64,000 nt of DNA. It comes from an uncultured Gammaproteobacteria bacterium. Its GTDB lineage: Bacteria; Patescibacteriota; Patescibacteriia; SBBC01; CAIJZX01. This document shows positions 28,703-38,067 of the stretch, in pieces. The stretch spans positions 6,586 through 70,585 of the forward strand of contig CAYNGY010000001.1 of NCBI GenBank assembly GCA_964397195.1, written 5' to 3'. A program made the position numbers and the translations under genes. The notes under the pieces are model-generated. The model was not told where the DNA came from. It saw nothing but the letters and a program-made list of their open reading frames with translations, and did no database searches. Every line of letters begins with the position of its first letter. Within the stretch, counting starts at the first letter, position 1.

Positions 28703-29602
28703 TTAGGAGTGAATCGAGTGGGTAAGTGAGGAGAATGTTCGCGCCGCCGGAGCCTGATGGAAGATCTCTTGCAGTGCGTGGATGCATTCAAGCGCCGAGA
28801 GACTCGGGAAACGCTGAATGAGGAGGGCGAATGAACGGACAGATTCAGCTGATTGATCGATGGTGCCCTGGGCTAATTGTACGCCGGCATTGCGGTTTCG
28901 TGAATGGGGGCTGCCGCCGGTGCCGTGAAAGTCGTCGATACCGGCCGGACCGATGATCACCTCGCGCTCGATACCGCAACGGTCAGCGGCGACGACCATC
29001 TCATTCTCACAGCGCTTCCATAAGTCGCTCAGTGCAATTGGTGACCACCCCAATCCAACGCCCAAGCCGTAGACAAGCGCGTAAACGTTTTTCAATACGC
29101 CGGCCAAGGAGACGTCAACCGGATGGGCGCTCTCCATAAACGACATCGCTTCCGGTGGGACAATAGATTCGAGGGTTCGTCGAATCTGTCGGCCGGGACC
29201 GGCGATGACGCCATGGCCGCGTGCGCCCGAGCGAATATCTTCGGCCACCATCGGTCCGCCAATCACCACCCACGGCTGTCTCGTGCCGAGTGTTTCCGCG
29301 GCAATTTCCGCGGCGCACTGGAGCGTATGTTCCTCGAGACCTTTACTAAAGAAGACAAAGGTCGACTGCGGCGTCGCTAAGGGCTGGACATCGGCCAGGG
29401 CTTTTCGGATAGCGTCCGTCGGCACCGCGAATAAAACGAGATCTGCGTTGGGCACACCGGCACTCAGGAGGGTCACCCCGGGCGTAATCCCCGGCTGAGC
29501 GTCCCAGAGCCCAACGGTCGACTGATGACCACGCCCAAACACGTGCGCGAAGGCGCGTCCGAGCCGTCCCGCGCCAATAATGACAATTCGTGTCTGAGCC
29601 AT
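28703..29602 (-). CDS. gpsA: NAD(P)H-dependent glycerol-3-phosphate dehydrogenase
   Basis: IIGAGRLGRAFA Rossmann motif and VLKNVYALVYGLGVGLGWSPIA...LSDLWKRCENEM, which matches the GpsA C-terminal domain. Confidence 0.7.
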   Translation of the reverse strand: MAQTRIVIIGAGRLGRAFAHVFGRGHQSTVGLWDAQPGITPGVTLLSAGVPNADLVLFAVPTDAIRKALADVQPLATPQSTFVFFSKGLEEHTLQCAAEIAAETLGTRQPWVVIGGPMVAEDIRSGARGHGVIAGPGRQIRRTLESIVPPEAMSFMESAHPVDVSLAGVLKNVYALVYGLGVGLGWSPIALSDLWKRCENEMVVAADRCGIEREVIIGPAGIDDFHGTGGSPHSRNRNAGVQLAQGTIDQSAESVRSFALLIQRFPSLSALECIHALQEIFHQAPAARTFSSLTHSIHS

Positions 29603-29606
29603 GGGT

Positions 29607-30251
29607 TTATTTAGCGGCGGCCTGGACGGCCGACACCAGTTCGTCCTTGGTAAATGGAGTATTCAGTTGAACACCATTAATATAGACCGTCGGGGTCCCG
29701 GCGAGGCGAATTTGATTCCCGGTCGCCACGTCTCGCTCAATACGATCTTTGACGCCCGAGCTATTCAGGTCATCGGCAAAGGTCTTTTCGTTGAGGCCGA
29801 GCTCTTTAGCGTATGATTTTAAGGTTACCTGGACATCACCGGCGGTCGACCAGGTGGACTGCCGTTCAAACAGGATATTATGCATCTCCCAGAACTTCCC
29901 CTGGTTACTCGCCGCTTCCGAAGCCTGCGCCGCGATCTGCGCATTCGGATGCGCCTGGCGCAACGGGTAATGTCGATAGACAAAACGGGCCTGATTCCCG
30001 AGCGCTGATTCGGCGTCCTTCAGAATCGGATAGTAGTACCCGCACGCCGGACATTGAAAGTCGCTGTATTCAACGACGGTCACCGGGGCGGTCGCTTCGC
30101 CTAGGATATGATCCGTGTCAGTAATCGTCAGGGCCGCCGTCGTGGTTTCGCTTGATGGGCTGCTACCAAGATTGGCCAGGAGAACAATGAGTCCGATCGT
30201 GCCGATGATACCGCCGACCCACCAGAGGAGTGAACGTGTTTGAGCATTCAT
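29607..30251 (-). CDS. DsbA-like thiol:disulfide oxidoreductase (thioredoxin fold, membrane anchored)
   Basis: N-terminal TM and CPAC active site in FQCPACGYYYP. Confidence 0.75.
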   Translation of the reverse strand: MNAQTRSLLWWVGGIIGTIGLIVLLANLGSSPSSETTTAALTITDTDHILGEATAPVTVVEYSDFQCPACGYYYPILKDAESALGNQARFVYRHYPLRQAHPNAQIAAQASEAASNQGKFWEMHNILFERQSTWSTAGDVQVTLKSYAKELGLNEKTFADDLNSSGVKDRIERDVATGNQIRLAGTPTVYINGVQLNTPFTKDELVSAVQAAAK

Positions 30252-30265
30252 GAGATCTTTGTAAC

Positions 30266-31270
30266 TTAGTGAACAATATTTTGCGGCGTGCCATTCGTAA
30301 AGGCACGGATGTTGTCGATCGTCGTCTGGAGAATTCGTTCCAACGCCTCGCGGGTATTAAAGGCGTTGTGCGGCGTGATGATCACCCGTGGGTGCGAGAG
30401 GAGGGCGTGATCGGCCAGGAGTGTTTTCAGGTCACAGGTTTTCTTGAATTGCTCGCTGACGAGTTGTCGTTCTTCGAGAATGGCACATTCTTCTTCTAAC
30501 ACATCGAGCCCGACCCCGGCGAGGTGTCCGCGTTCAAGCACCTGCACGAGCGCTTGCGTGTCGATCAGTGTCCCGCGCGCGGTGTTAATCAAATATGCGT
30601 CCGGCTTCATCAACATCAACCGCTCTTCGTTCATGAGGTGGAGCGTGCTCGGTAACGCCGGGGCATGGAGTGAGACCACATCGCTGGTGGATAGTACCTC
30701 CTCGAGGGTTAGGTAAGTAAAGCCGAGTTCGCTGGCCAGTTTTGGATTTGGTTTGGCGTCGAAGGCGACGACGTTCATGCCGAATCCTCGGGCCATCCGA
30801 ATCGCGTGTTGTCCGATTCGGCCTGTACCAATAATGCCAAACGTTTTTCCGTGCAGGTCAACGCCGCGCAATCCATCGAGCCGAAAGTCTCCGAGGCGCG
30901 TATGGTCAACGGCCGGGACAATCTTTCGGGTCAGGGCGAGGAGTAAGGCGAAGGCTTGTTCGGCGACGGTATTCTCGCCGTACGACGGAACATTACTGAC
31001 GACAATGCCGCGCTCCGCGCAGGCGGCGAGGTCAATGTGGTCGTATCCGGTTGAAAGCGTCGCGACCATTTTCAGATTCGGCATTTTTTCGAGAACCGCT
31101 TTCGTCACCGGACTATAGATGAAGACCGTCAAAATATTCGGGTCCTTCAGATCACCGGCCGCTTCTAAATGGGCGGCCGAATACACGCCATCGCCCAGCT
31201 CTCGTTTCATGATCTCTATTTCCCATGGTTCGAGTTCAACACCGGCGAGGCGGTACGGAGGATTTGTCAT
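30266..31270 (-). CDS. D-isomer-specific 2-hydroxyacid dehydrogenase (SerA/LdhA-like)
   Basis: NAD-binding GIIGTGRIGQHAIRMARGFGMNVVAFD and catalytic R/E/H region (ITPHNAF). Confidence 0.85.
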   Translation of the reverse strand: MTNPPYRLAGVELEPWEIEIMKRELGDGVYSAAHLEAAGDLKDPNILTVFIYSPVTKAVLEKMPNLKMVATLSTGYDHIDLAACAERGIVVSNVPSYGENTVAEQAFALLLALTRKIVPAVDHTRLGDFRLDGLRGVDLHGKTFGIIGTGRIGQHAIRMARGFGMNVVAFDAKPNPKLASELGFTYLTLEEVLSTSDVVSLHAPALPSTLHLMNEERLMLMKPDAYLINTARGTLIDTQALVQVLERGHLAGVGLDVLEEECAILEERQLVSEQFKKTCDLKTLLADHALLSHPRVIITPHNAFNTREALERILQTTIDNIRAFTNGTPQNIVH

Positions 31271-31545
31271 ACGCGTTTATATACGTCAATGAGTTCGTTG
31301 GTTACTGTATCACCTTTTCCGACTTTTATGTCACGGGCGACGCAGATGGTGAGGTGCTGTCGGATCATCTCCTCGTCAAAGTTCTTGAGGGCCGATTGAA
31401 TCGCCTGTGACTGGTGGACGATATCGATGCAGTTCGCGCCCTCATCCACCATCCGTCGCACCTTCCGCAAGTGCCCTTCGATGATGGCGAGGCGGTGCCC
31501 GACCGACTTTCGCTTATCATTTCCTAAGGTTTTCATATGATACAC
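31267..31545 (-). CDS. csoR: CsoR/RcnR family metal-sensing transcriptional repressor
   Basis: HRLAIIEGHLRKVRRMV...CIDIVHQSQAIQSAL...HL is the CsoR fingerprint with Cys/His ligands; 92 aa. Confidence 0.7.
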   Translation of the reverse strand: MYHMKTLGNDKRKSVGHRLAIIEGHLRKVRRMVDEGANCIDIVHQSQAIQSALKNFDEEMIRQHLTICVARDIKVGKGDTVTNELIDVYKRV

Positions 31546-31599
31546 AGGTTATTCCCAGGTAGGGGTGGGGGGATTCGTGGATAGGTCTGTGGACAGTTC

Positions 31600-31620
31600 T
31601 AATCCCCTATGGGGGGATTA
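31600..31620. promoter_or_regulatory. Candidate CsoR operator: perfect palindrome TAATCCCC-TATGG-GGGGATTA
   Basis: GC-core palindrome 55-75 nt upstream of csoR. Nested inside a second 14-nt inverted repeat (31562-31575 and 31645-31658). Confidence 0.45.
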
Positions 31621-31970
31621 TAGCAATCCACAGGGTTCCGCACAAATCCCCCCTCCCCAGCCCCGGGACTAGCGGAAAAGCAACGTTCGGCGTAGGGTGA
31701 GGTTGCCCTTCAAAAATCGGTGAACGTTGTTCCCCAGCGCCCCTGATGACGCATGAGACAGAAGGTTGTATCACACCAACGTGAGGCAAACTGCTGAGCC
31801 ATGATGTAGGGCGTTGCTGGTTGGGCAACCGGCAATGTCTGAGCGTGCGAAGCGCGTTTCATGGAAGCCATGTCACACGGGTCCCACCCCTCTCAGCACG
31901 ACCGCGGTTCGGTAGATTCTCGTGGCCTTGCGGCCCGAACCGTGTACTGCCTCCGCGTTCACCGTCGCTC

Positions 31971-32001
31971 CACTCGCGGCCCCCTTCGGTCGCGAGATTT
32001 T
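31971..32001 (+). terminator. Plus-strand intrinsic terminator abutting the copZ stop codon
   Basis: ctcgcg-gcccccttcggt-cgcgag hairpin followed by attttttatt. Confidence 0.4.
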
Positions 32002-32211
32002 TTATTCCCGTCGGCGAACGTCGTGCCCGTGCCGCTGGAGCGTTTCGGTCACCATCATCGGCGTGACCGCCGCATCGTGCTCGACCGTTAGTTCTTTTTT
32101 GTGAATGTGCACTTCCGCCCGATGGACTCCCGGAAGATCTTCGCACGCCCCTTCGATATCAATGGCGCACGACGCGCATTCGAGATCGTGGATGGAGAAG
32201 ACGGTGTTCAT
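32002..32211 (-). CDS. copZ: Copper chaperone CopZ (HMA domain)
   Basis: Metal-binding motif LECASCA (MxCxxC), 69 aa. Confidence 0.7.
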   Translation of the reverse strand: MNTVFSIHDLECASCAIDIEGACEDLPGVHRAEVHIHKKELTVEHDAAVTPMMVTETLQRHGHDVRRRE

Positions 32212-33236
32212 ATGACGTTGACGGTTCCTGAATACATCCCCATCCCGCAGGTGAAGGTATATCGTCCGGCCGACGGAAATTGTGCGGTGATCTGACTCGT
32301 GCCGCTGGTCGGAAGATTCTTTGAGATGCCGAGCTTTGGGATGCGGAAGACGCTCGTACAGCCGGAGTTTTTTTCCGTCGTCAGGTTGAAGGTCACGACA
32401 CGCCCGGCTGGGACCGTGACCGCATTCGGCGTATACCCGTCCGCGTGAACATCGATAGCAATGTCCGTGGCCGCAATCTCAGTCGGAGTGGCGCGGCCAG
32501 TTAGCGCCCAGCGCCAGGCGGCGAGTTGGTTTTGGGCGCTGAGCGGCGAATCAGTCGCCACTAACACGCCGTTGAGCGACACGAGTCCGACACCGACGAC
32601 AACCAGCATCGCCACGGTGGCTAATTGTTTTTGAAAAACAGCGACACTCCGCGCGGCGACGCCGACGAGCAAGAAGAGCGGGACGGTACCGAGGACAAAT
32701 GCGCCAAGGATCGCCGCGCCGGTCGCCGCACTCCCCGTTCCGATCGCACTGACCTCCATCGCTTGCGTCGTGCCGCATGGGATCAAGACGGTCAGGAATC
32801 CAACCGCCGCCGGCGCGGCAACGGATTCCCATTTCGCACTGCGGCGGATGAAGCGTCGTCCGGCCGCCGGAAGTTGTGGGGTCAGCCACGGCAAAAAGTT
32901 CGGCCAGCGCAATCGTAACCCGGCGACGATAATAAAGAGGGCCGCGACAGCTTGGAACCACAGTTGGACGGTCGTCGAAAGTTGCATCCGACTCCCGAGC
33001 CAGCCGAGCAAGCCGCCGAGGACGAGGTAGACAAACAGCTTGGCTACCAAAAAGCTGGCGGTCGGCACGAGGGCGTTCGCCCACTGCCATCGTCCGTCAG
33101 CAGCGGCTGAGCGGCGGGCGAGGATCCCGGCGAGGAGTCCGCCTTGGACCGCCATGCAGGTCAGACCACCCGTTGTCAGTCCCGTCAAAAATGCCAACCA
33201 CGGCGTCATATGTACTACGTATTGTAGTACGCTCAC
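32208..33236 (-). CDS. Polytopic membrane protein with a C-terminal cupredoxin-like domain
   Basis: N-terminal multi-TM region resembling the CcdA or TauE family (WLAFLTGLTTGGLTC). C-terminal beta-rich domain with Cys/Met (RYTFTCGMGMYSG). Overlaps copZ by 4 nt. Confidence 0.5.
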   Translation of the reverse strand: MSVLQYVVHMTPWLAFLTGLTTGGLTCMAVQGGLLAGILARRSAAADGRWQWANALVPTASFLVAKLFVYLVLGGLLGWLGSRMQLSTTVQLWFQAVAALFIIVAGLRLRWPNFLPWLTPQLPAAGRRFIRRSAKWESVAAPAAVGFLTVLIPCGTTQAMEVSAIGTGSAATGAAILGAFVLGTVPLFLLVGVAARSVAVFQKQLATVAMLVVVGVGLVSLNGVLVATDSPLSAQNQLAAWRWALTGRATPTEIAATDIAIDVHADGYTPNAVTVPAGRVVTFNLTTEKNSGCTSVFRIPKLGISKNLPTSGTSQITAQFPSAGRYTFTCGMGMYSGTVNVI

Positions 33237-33257
33237 CGCAGCGGGTCAATGTGGCCT

Positions 33258-33286
33258 TGCGTTTTTCGCGGTATTTCGCTATGCTC
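33258..33286 (+). promoter_or_regulatory. Promoter TTGCGT-17-TATGCT for ftsH
   Basis: -35 at 33258-33263, -10 at 33281-33286, 8 nt before the ATG region. Confidence 0.35.
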
Positions 33287-33294
33287 TGCCCGAT

Positions 33295-35130
33295 ATGACT
33301 ATCAATCCCCTCGCAAAAAACCTGCTGTCGCTGTTGGCCGGAATTATCATTCTTGGTGCCTTTTTAAGTCTCTTCAACACGAATGACCAGAAGACCAAAA
33401 CGGTCTCGATCGGTCAGGTGATTGAGAAGATTAACAGCGATAACGTTAAGACCATCGATATCGTCGGCGATAAGCTAATCGCGACCCTCAAGGATGAGTC
33501 GAAGATTTCGGCCCAAAAAGAGCCGACCGTCGACTGGAGCACCTTGGCCAAGAACTACGGCCTTGATTCCGCCAAGCTCATTGCCGTCAGCGGTACCGTC
33601 AAAGACACCGCCGGTACTCAATTCTGGGTTAATGCTCTCCTCCAAATCCTCGTCCCATTCTTGCTCATCCTCGGATTCATCTGGCTAACCTTCCGCCAAG
33701 TCCAAGGGCAAAACAGCCGGGCCATGAACTTCGGCTCCCTTCAACAGAAAGAACCGGAAGAAACGACCGTCAAGAAGAGCAAAATTACCTTCCAAGACGT
33801 GGCCGGTGCAGCCGAGGCCAAAGAAGAACTTCAGGAAATTGTGGAATTCCTAAAAAACCCGACGCGGTTTACTGACCTCGGGGCGAAAATCCCGAAAGGG
33901 GCGCTCTTGGTCGGCCCGCCGGGAACCGGTAAAACACTGCTGGCGAAAGCGGTCGCCGGTGAAGCTGATGTGCCGTTCTATAATATTTCCGGTTCAGAAT
34001 TCGTCGAGATGTTCGTCGGTGTCGGGGCTAGTCGCGTCCGTGATCTGTTCCGCCGCGCCAAGAAAACCGCCCCATCCATCGTCTTCATTGATGAAATTGA
34101 TGCCGTCGGCCGACAACGTGGCGCGGGATTAGGTGGCGGCCATGATGAGCGCGAACAAACACTCAACCAGATTCTCGTGGAAATGGACGGCTTTGATACC
34201 GATACGCACGTCATCGTCGTCGCGGCGACCAACCGTCCCGACATTCTCGACCCCGCTCTGCTTCGTCCGGGCCGATTCGACCGCCGGGTCATGATCGATC
34301 TCCCTGATATTAACGAACGTGAGGCGATTCTCGCGGTCCACGCGAAAAATAAGCCGTTAGCGACCTCGGTCAGTCTGCGACGGCTCGCTGAGCGAACGCC
34401 CGGTTTCTCTGGTGCGGACCTCGCTAATCTCTTGAATGAAGCCGCTATCCTCGCCGCCCGTGGTCGGCGTACCGAAGTGACCATGGATGATGGGATGAAT
34501 GCGATGGAGAAGGTACTACTCGGGCCTGAACGCCGCTCGAAGGTCATGACGGACGATGAGAAGAAGCTGACCGCCTATCATGAAGCCGGGCACGCCGTCG
34601 TCGCCCATTTCACCCACGGCGCGGATCCGGTGCAGAAAGTCTCGGTCATCTCGCGTGGTCGGGCTGGTGGATTTACACTCAACACCCCTACCCACGATAA
34701 GAACTACCGCACGCTGAAAGAGTTTCAGGCGGAACTGGCAGTCATGATGGGCGGGCAAATGGCGGAACGGCTGATCTTCAAAGAAGTCTCCACCGGCGCC
34801 TCGAATGACCTTAAGCGCGCCACCGGCCTCGCCCGGTCAATCGTCACCCGCTACGGCATGAGCAAACTTGGCCCACGGACATACGGTGAATCAGAAGAAA
34901 TGGTCTTCCTCGGGCGGGAAATCCACGAACGTCGGGATTATTCAGAAAAGACCGCCCAAAACATCGATGACGAGATCGACCATATCCTCGTTGAGGCGCG
35001 CACGTCCGCCGAGGCGCTCTTGAAAGAGCGTCGCGACCTGCTGGAAAAGGTGGCCCAAGAACTTCTGGCTAAAGAAACGATCGAACACGACGCCTTCCTC
35101 GCCTTAGCCGGTCCGCGACCGACCGCCTAG
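33295..35130 (+). CDS. ftsH: ATP-dependent zinc metalloprotease FtsH
   Basis: Two N-terminal TM helices, Walker [14 protein letters not shown], second region of homology, zinc motif HEAGHA. Start MTINPLAKN at 33295. Confidence 0.9.
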   Translation: MTINPLAKNLLSLLAGIIILGAFLSLFNTNDQKTKTVSIGQVIEKINSDNVKTIDIVGDKLIATLKDESKISAQKEPTVDWSTLAKNYGLDSAKLIAVSGTVKDTAGTQFWVNALLQILVPFLLILGFIWLTFRQVQGQNSRAMNFGSLQQKEPEETTVKKSKITFQDVAGAAEAKEELQEIVEFLKNPTRFTDLGAKIPKGALLVGPPGTGKTLLAKAVAGEADVPFYNISGSEFVEMFVGVGASRVRDLFRRAKKTAPSIVFIDEIDAVGRQRGAGLGGGHDEREQTLNQILVEMDGFDTDTHVIVVAATNRPDILDPALLRPGRFDRRVMIDLPDINEREAILAVHAKNKPLATSVSLRRLAERTPGFSGADLANLLNEAAILAARGRRTEVTMDDGMNAMEKVLLGPERRSKVMTDDEKKLTAYHEAGHAVVAHFTHGADPVQKVSVISRGRAGGFTLNTPTHDKNYRTLKEFQAELAVMMGGQMAERLIFKEVSTGASNDLKRATGLARSIVTRYGMSKLGPRTYGESEEMVFLGREIHERRDYSEKTAQNIDDEIDHILVEARTSAEALLKERRDLLEKVAQELLAKETIEHDAFLALAGPRPTA

Positions 35131-35147
35131 GGGAATGTTGCGCGGGA

Positions 35148-35176
35148 GCAGCCAGAGTGGTATACTCATGGCTGTT
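35148..35176 (+). promoter_or_regulatory. Promoter TTGCGC-17-TATACT followed by the palindrome CCGCAATTGCGG
   Basis: -35 at 35148-35153, -10 at 35171-35176. A 12-bp perfect palindrome at 35188-35199 lies between the promoter and the ATG at 35218. Confidence 0.4.
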
Positions 35177-35217
35177 CGTCGTCCGCAATTGCGGATGCAC
35201 ATGAGACAAAAACAGCC

Positions 35218-36249
35218 ATGAACATCCTCGACATCCTCGATATCGTGATCGAATGGGTCGCCTTCGGCCTCGTGATTCTCGGCATCGTCTTGTTATTTGC
35301 CTCGAAGACGATTCGCCCGTACCTTCGGCAAGGGCTTCAGATCATGTGGTCAAAAAAGTATCTCTGGTTTGTCGGGATCTTCGCCGGCATCACCGCCTAT
35401 GGTGGTGAGGTCAACTTTTTGATGCAGAAAGTCTACGACGTCGCCAGTTTCCGCGACTATATTGCCGCCATTCGCGAGGTCGTCGTCAAAGGTGAGGCCC
35501 ATGACTTCCTCAATCTCCTGCGCCAAGGCTACGCCAACTCGCCGTGGATTCTGACCGGCTACGTCGCTATTATCATCCTCCTGATTGCGCTCATCTATTG
35601 GCTGGTCATTATCTCCCAGGGCCTGATTATGCGTCTCGCCGGTCGTATTGTTGCCGGTGAATCCGGTACGTTCATCGACGCCGTCTCGACCACGGCCGGA
35701 AAATTCTGGAGCCTGCTCAAAGTCGCCATCATGTTCCTCTTAATCGGCTGGGCGGCCTGGCTTGTCCTCGTCGGATTACCGACCATGATTTATTTCCTGA
35801 CCGGTGCCTCAGCTTGGACCGGGGTGGCGCAGGTCGGATCGTACATCTCGCTAGTGATTAGTTTCTTCAACCTCTTCCTCTTGCAATACGCGACGGCGAC
35901 GGTGGTCCTCTACAGCAAACAACCGGTTGATGCCGTGGTCCATGCCTGGCGCATTTTCCGCCGCAATATTCTCCTGACCTTCGAACTTGCCCTTGGCCTC
36001 TTTGCCGCCAACCTGATTACCACCTTCGTCCTCGCCGCCGTCTTGGCCTTCGTCTTCCAGGTCCAGACGATGACCACCTTCATTTCGATGTTGGTCATTC
36101 TCATCCTCCAGCTCGGATTGAGCTCGGCCTTTAGCTTCGCTTCGACGACCGCCCTCTTCGTCCACCTGCAAAATAACTCGCCGGAAAGTAAGCTTGGCCA
36201 GTGGACCGAAAAGATCGTCAATTTGGCGACGGTCAAGAAAGAAGTCTAA
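35218..36249 (+). CDS. Hypothetical polytopic membrane protein
   Basis: About 8 predicted TM helices. No family recognised. Confidence 0.5.
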   Translation: MNILDILDIVIEWVAFGLVILGIVLLFASKTIRPYLRQGLQIMWSKKYLWFVGIFAGITAYGGEVNFLMQKVYDVASFRDYIAAIREVVVKGEAHDFLNLLRQGYANSPWILTGYVAIIILLIALIYWLVIISQGLIMRLAGRIVAGESGTFIDAVSTTAGKFWSLLKVAIMFLLIGWAAWLVLVGLPTMIYFLTGASAWTGVAQVGSYISLVISFFNLFLLQYATATVVLYSKQPVDAVVHAWRIFRRNILLTFELALGLFAANLITTFVLAAVLAFVFQVQTMTTFISMLVILILQLGLSSAFSFASTTALFVHLQNNSPESKLGQWTEKIVNLATVKKEV

Positions 36250-36252
36250 ACA

Positions 36253-36281
36253 CTTGTCAGACATACCCCCGGGGGGTATAC
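36253..36281 (+). promoter_or_regulatory. Promoter TTGTCA-17-TATACT for the tRNA
   Basis: The spacer contains the palindrome cccccgggggg. 25 nt upstream of the tRNA 5' end. Confidence 0.45.
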
Positions 36282-36306
36282 TGCGGGCGTTTTCACGTCT
36301 CTTGAT

Positions 36307-36383
36307 GGGCGGATAGCTCAGCTGGTCAGAGCAGCCGTCTTATACACGGCCGGTCCATGGTTCGAATCCATGTCCGCCCACCA
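36307..36383 (+). tRNA. tRNA-Ile, anticodon UAU (AUA-decoding)
   Basis: Manual cloverleaf: acceptor gggcgga/tccgccc, D-arm gctc..gagc, anticodon stem gccgt/acggc with loop cTTATAc, T-arm catgg-ttcgaat-ccatg, encoded CCA. Confidence 0.75.
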
Positions 36384-36403
36384 AGAGTCGTGAAGAAGGT
36401 ATT

Positions 36404-36931
36404 TTGTCCAAACCTATGGATTTACTCCTTACCCTGAATCCAGAACACGTCACCGAACAGGAAGGTAACACGTACGCAACTCGTGGAGCGGCCCGTGCCG
36501 TTGTTTTAGATACCGATAACAATATCGCGTTACTCCACGTAGTAAATGAAAAGTATTATAAACTCCCCGGCGGCGGTCTCGAGAGCCAAGAAGATCCTAT
36601 CACAGCCCTGCGACGTGAGTGCCTCGAAGAGATTGGCGCTGATATTGATGTAGTGGGTGAGGTTGGTTTGATTGTGGAGTATCGCAAGTTTGAGCAACTC
36701 AAGCAAACGTCGTACTGTTATTTGGCCCGTCTCAAGGGTGAGAAAGGACGTCCGACTTTCACAGAAACAGAAATGGCGGGCGGTTTTCAGGCGGAGTGGG
36801 TTCCCCTCGCCGAAGCGCGCCGGTTGTTTGATGAACGCCTAGCGACCTCCCTTGAAGGCAGTGCGTATATCGTAAAGCGGGACATCAGATTTCTAGAAGA
36901 GGCTGAAAAGCAAATCAAAAAAATCGTCTAG
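36404..36931 (+). CDS. NUDIX hydrolase
   Basis: Nudix box GGGLESQEDPITALRRECLEEIG. Confidence 0.8.
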   Translation: MSKPMDLLLTLNPEHVTEQEGNTYATRGAARAVVLDTDNNIALLHVVNEKYYKLPGGGLESQEDPITALRRECLEEIGADIDVVGEVGLIVEYRKFEQLKQTSYCYLARLKGEKGRPTFTETEMAGGFQAEWVPLAEARRLFDERLATSLEGSAYIVKRDIRFLEEAEKQIKKIV

Positions 36932-36998
36932 GCCCATTTGGTTCTTCCCAGCAACTCGTTCGCACGTCTCGTGTGGGCGGGTACACTGCGGAGGCACT

Positions 36999-37334
36999 GT
37001 GTCACCGATCTTTCAATATCTATTTGCCCTCGGCATCGGGTTGCTGACGGGACTCCTGATCGCCTGCGGTGGGGCGTGGAAAGATACGAAGTGGGAAGCC
37101 TTCAGCTGGTGGACGTTTCTGCGATCGCCGCTGGTCGCTGGCGCGTGGGGCATCGTCCTCCACGCCTGGCTCCCCAACGCCAACTGGCTCCTGCTCGGCC
37201 TGTCCTGCGCTGGTGGCGAACGTCTTTCCGTCGAAACGTGGAAGGCCTGTTGGCGCCGAATGCCCTCGAAGTTCAAGCAGGCGAATCGTGATACGGGGTG
37301 GCTACGCGAGCGACTTCGGAAACGCGCTCGATAA
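36999..37334 (+). CDS. Small hydrophobic protein (GTG start with GGAGG SD)
   Basis: SD ggagg at 36990-36994. 2-3 TM helices, Trp-rich. Immediately upstream of a CDP-alcohol phosphatidyltransferase gene. Confidence 0.4.
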   Translation: MSPIFQYLFALGIGLLTGLLIACGGAWKDTKWEAFSWWTFLRSPLVAGAWGIVLHAWLPNANWLLLGLSCAGGERLSVETWKACWRRMPSKFKQANRDTGWLRERLRKRAR

Positions 37335-37361
37335 GCCCGCTGTCTTGCGCAGGAGGATTTC

Positions 37362-37976
37362 ATGAACGCTCGATCGTCGGGCGTCATGAACGCCCTGACA
37401 CTTGCTCGACTCGGCATCACCGCTTGGCTCTGGACCGTCGTTCGCCACGGATGGCGACAGACGGCGGCGGTGTTACTGCTGGTCATTCTGGCCGATGTCT
37501 TCGACGGCGTCATTGCGCGTCGGCTCGGTGTTGACGGCGTGCGGCGTCGGTTTCTCGATGCCGCGGTCGACCGATTCTCGATTCACTCGGTCTACGCCTT
37601 CGCGCTCTGGACGCATCCGCAATACTGCGGATGGTACTGGCCACTCCTCGTCCGCGATCTGATCGTGGTTCTTGGCTATTGGTGCTTCGTTAAGCCAACC
37701 AGGCGAATCATCGTCGGTTCCGGGTGGCATAAGTGGTCGAGTCTATCGCTCGCGTTGCTCGGGCTCCTCGTCGTGGCCGAGTCAGCGTCGGCCGTGGCCA
37801 TCGTCGCGCCGATCACCATCGGCATCGCCTATCTGCTCCTCGCGGATTACCTCGGACTCGTGTTGGCCACGCGGCGCGCGCAAATCCAAATGCAATGGGA
37901 TGACAACGGCGTCATCCGGGCGCGCGGACTGCTCGGCATCCAAACCCTATCGTCGTACATCACGGGTCGGTCCTAA
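37362..37976 (+). CDS. CDP-alcohol phosphatidyltransferase family protein
   Basis: DVFDGVIARRLGVDGVRRRFLDAAVD matches DG..AR..G...D...D. AGGAGG SD. Multiple TM helices. Confidence 0.6.
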   Translation: MNARSSGVMNALTLARLGITAWLWTVVRHGWRQTAAVLLLVILADVFDGVIARRLGVDGVRRRFLDAAVDRFSIHSVYAFALWTHPQYCGWYWPLLVRDLIVVLGYWCFVKPTRRIIVGSGWHKWSSLSLALLGLLVVAESASAVAIVAPITIGIAYLLLADYLGLVLATRRAQIQMQWDDNGVIRARGLLGIQTLSSYITGRS

Positions 37977-38067
37977 GCGACCGGCCCAGCTTTTTAATAA
38001 AAAGATCCCCCGAGAGAGCATACTGCTCCCCCGGGGATGTTCGGTCTGTGTGCGTTGTTCCTCGTCG

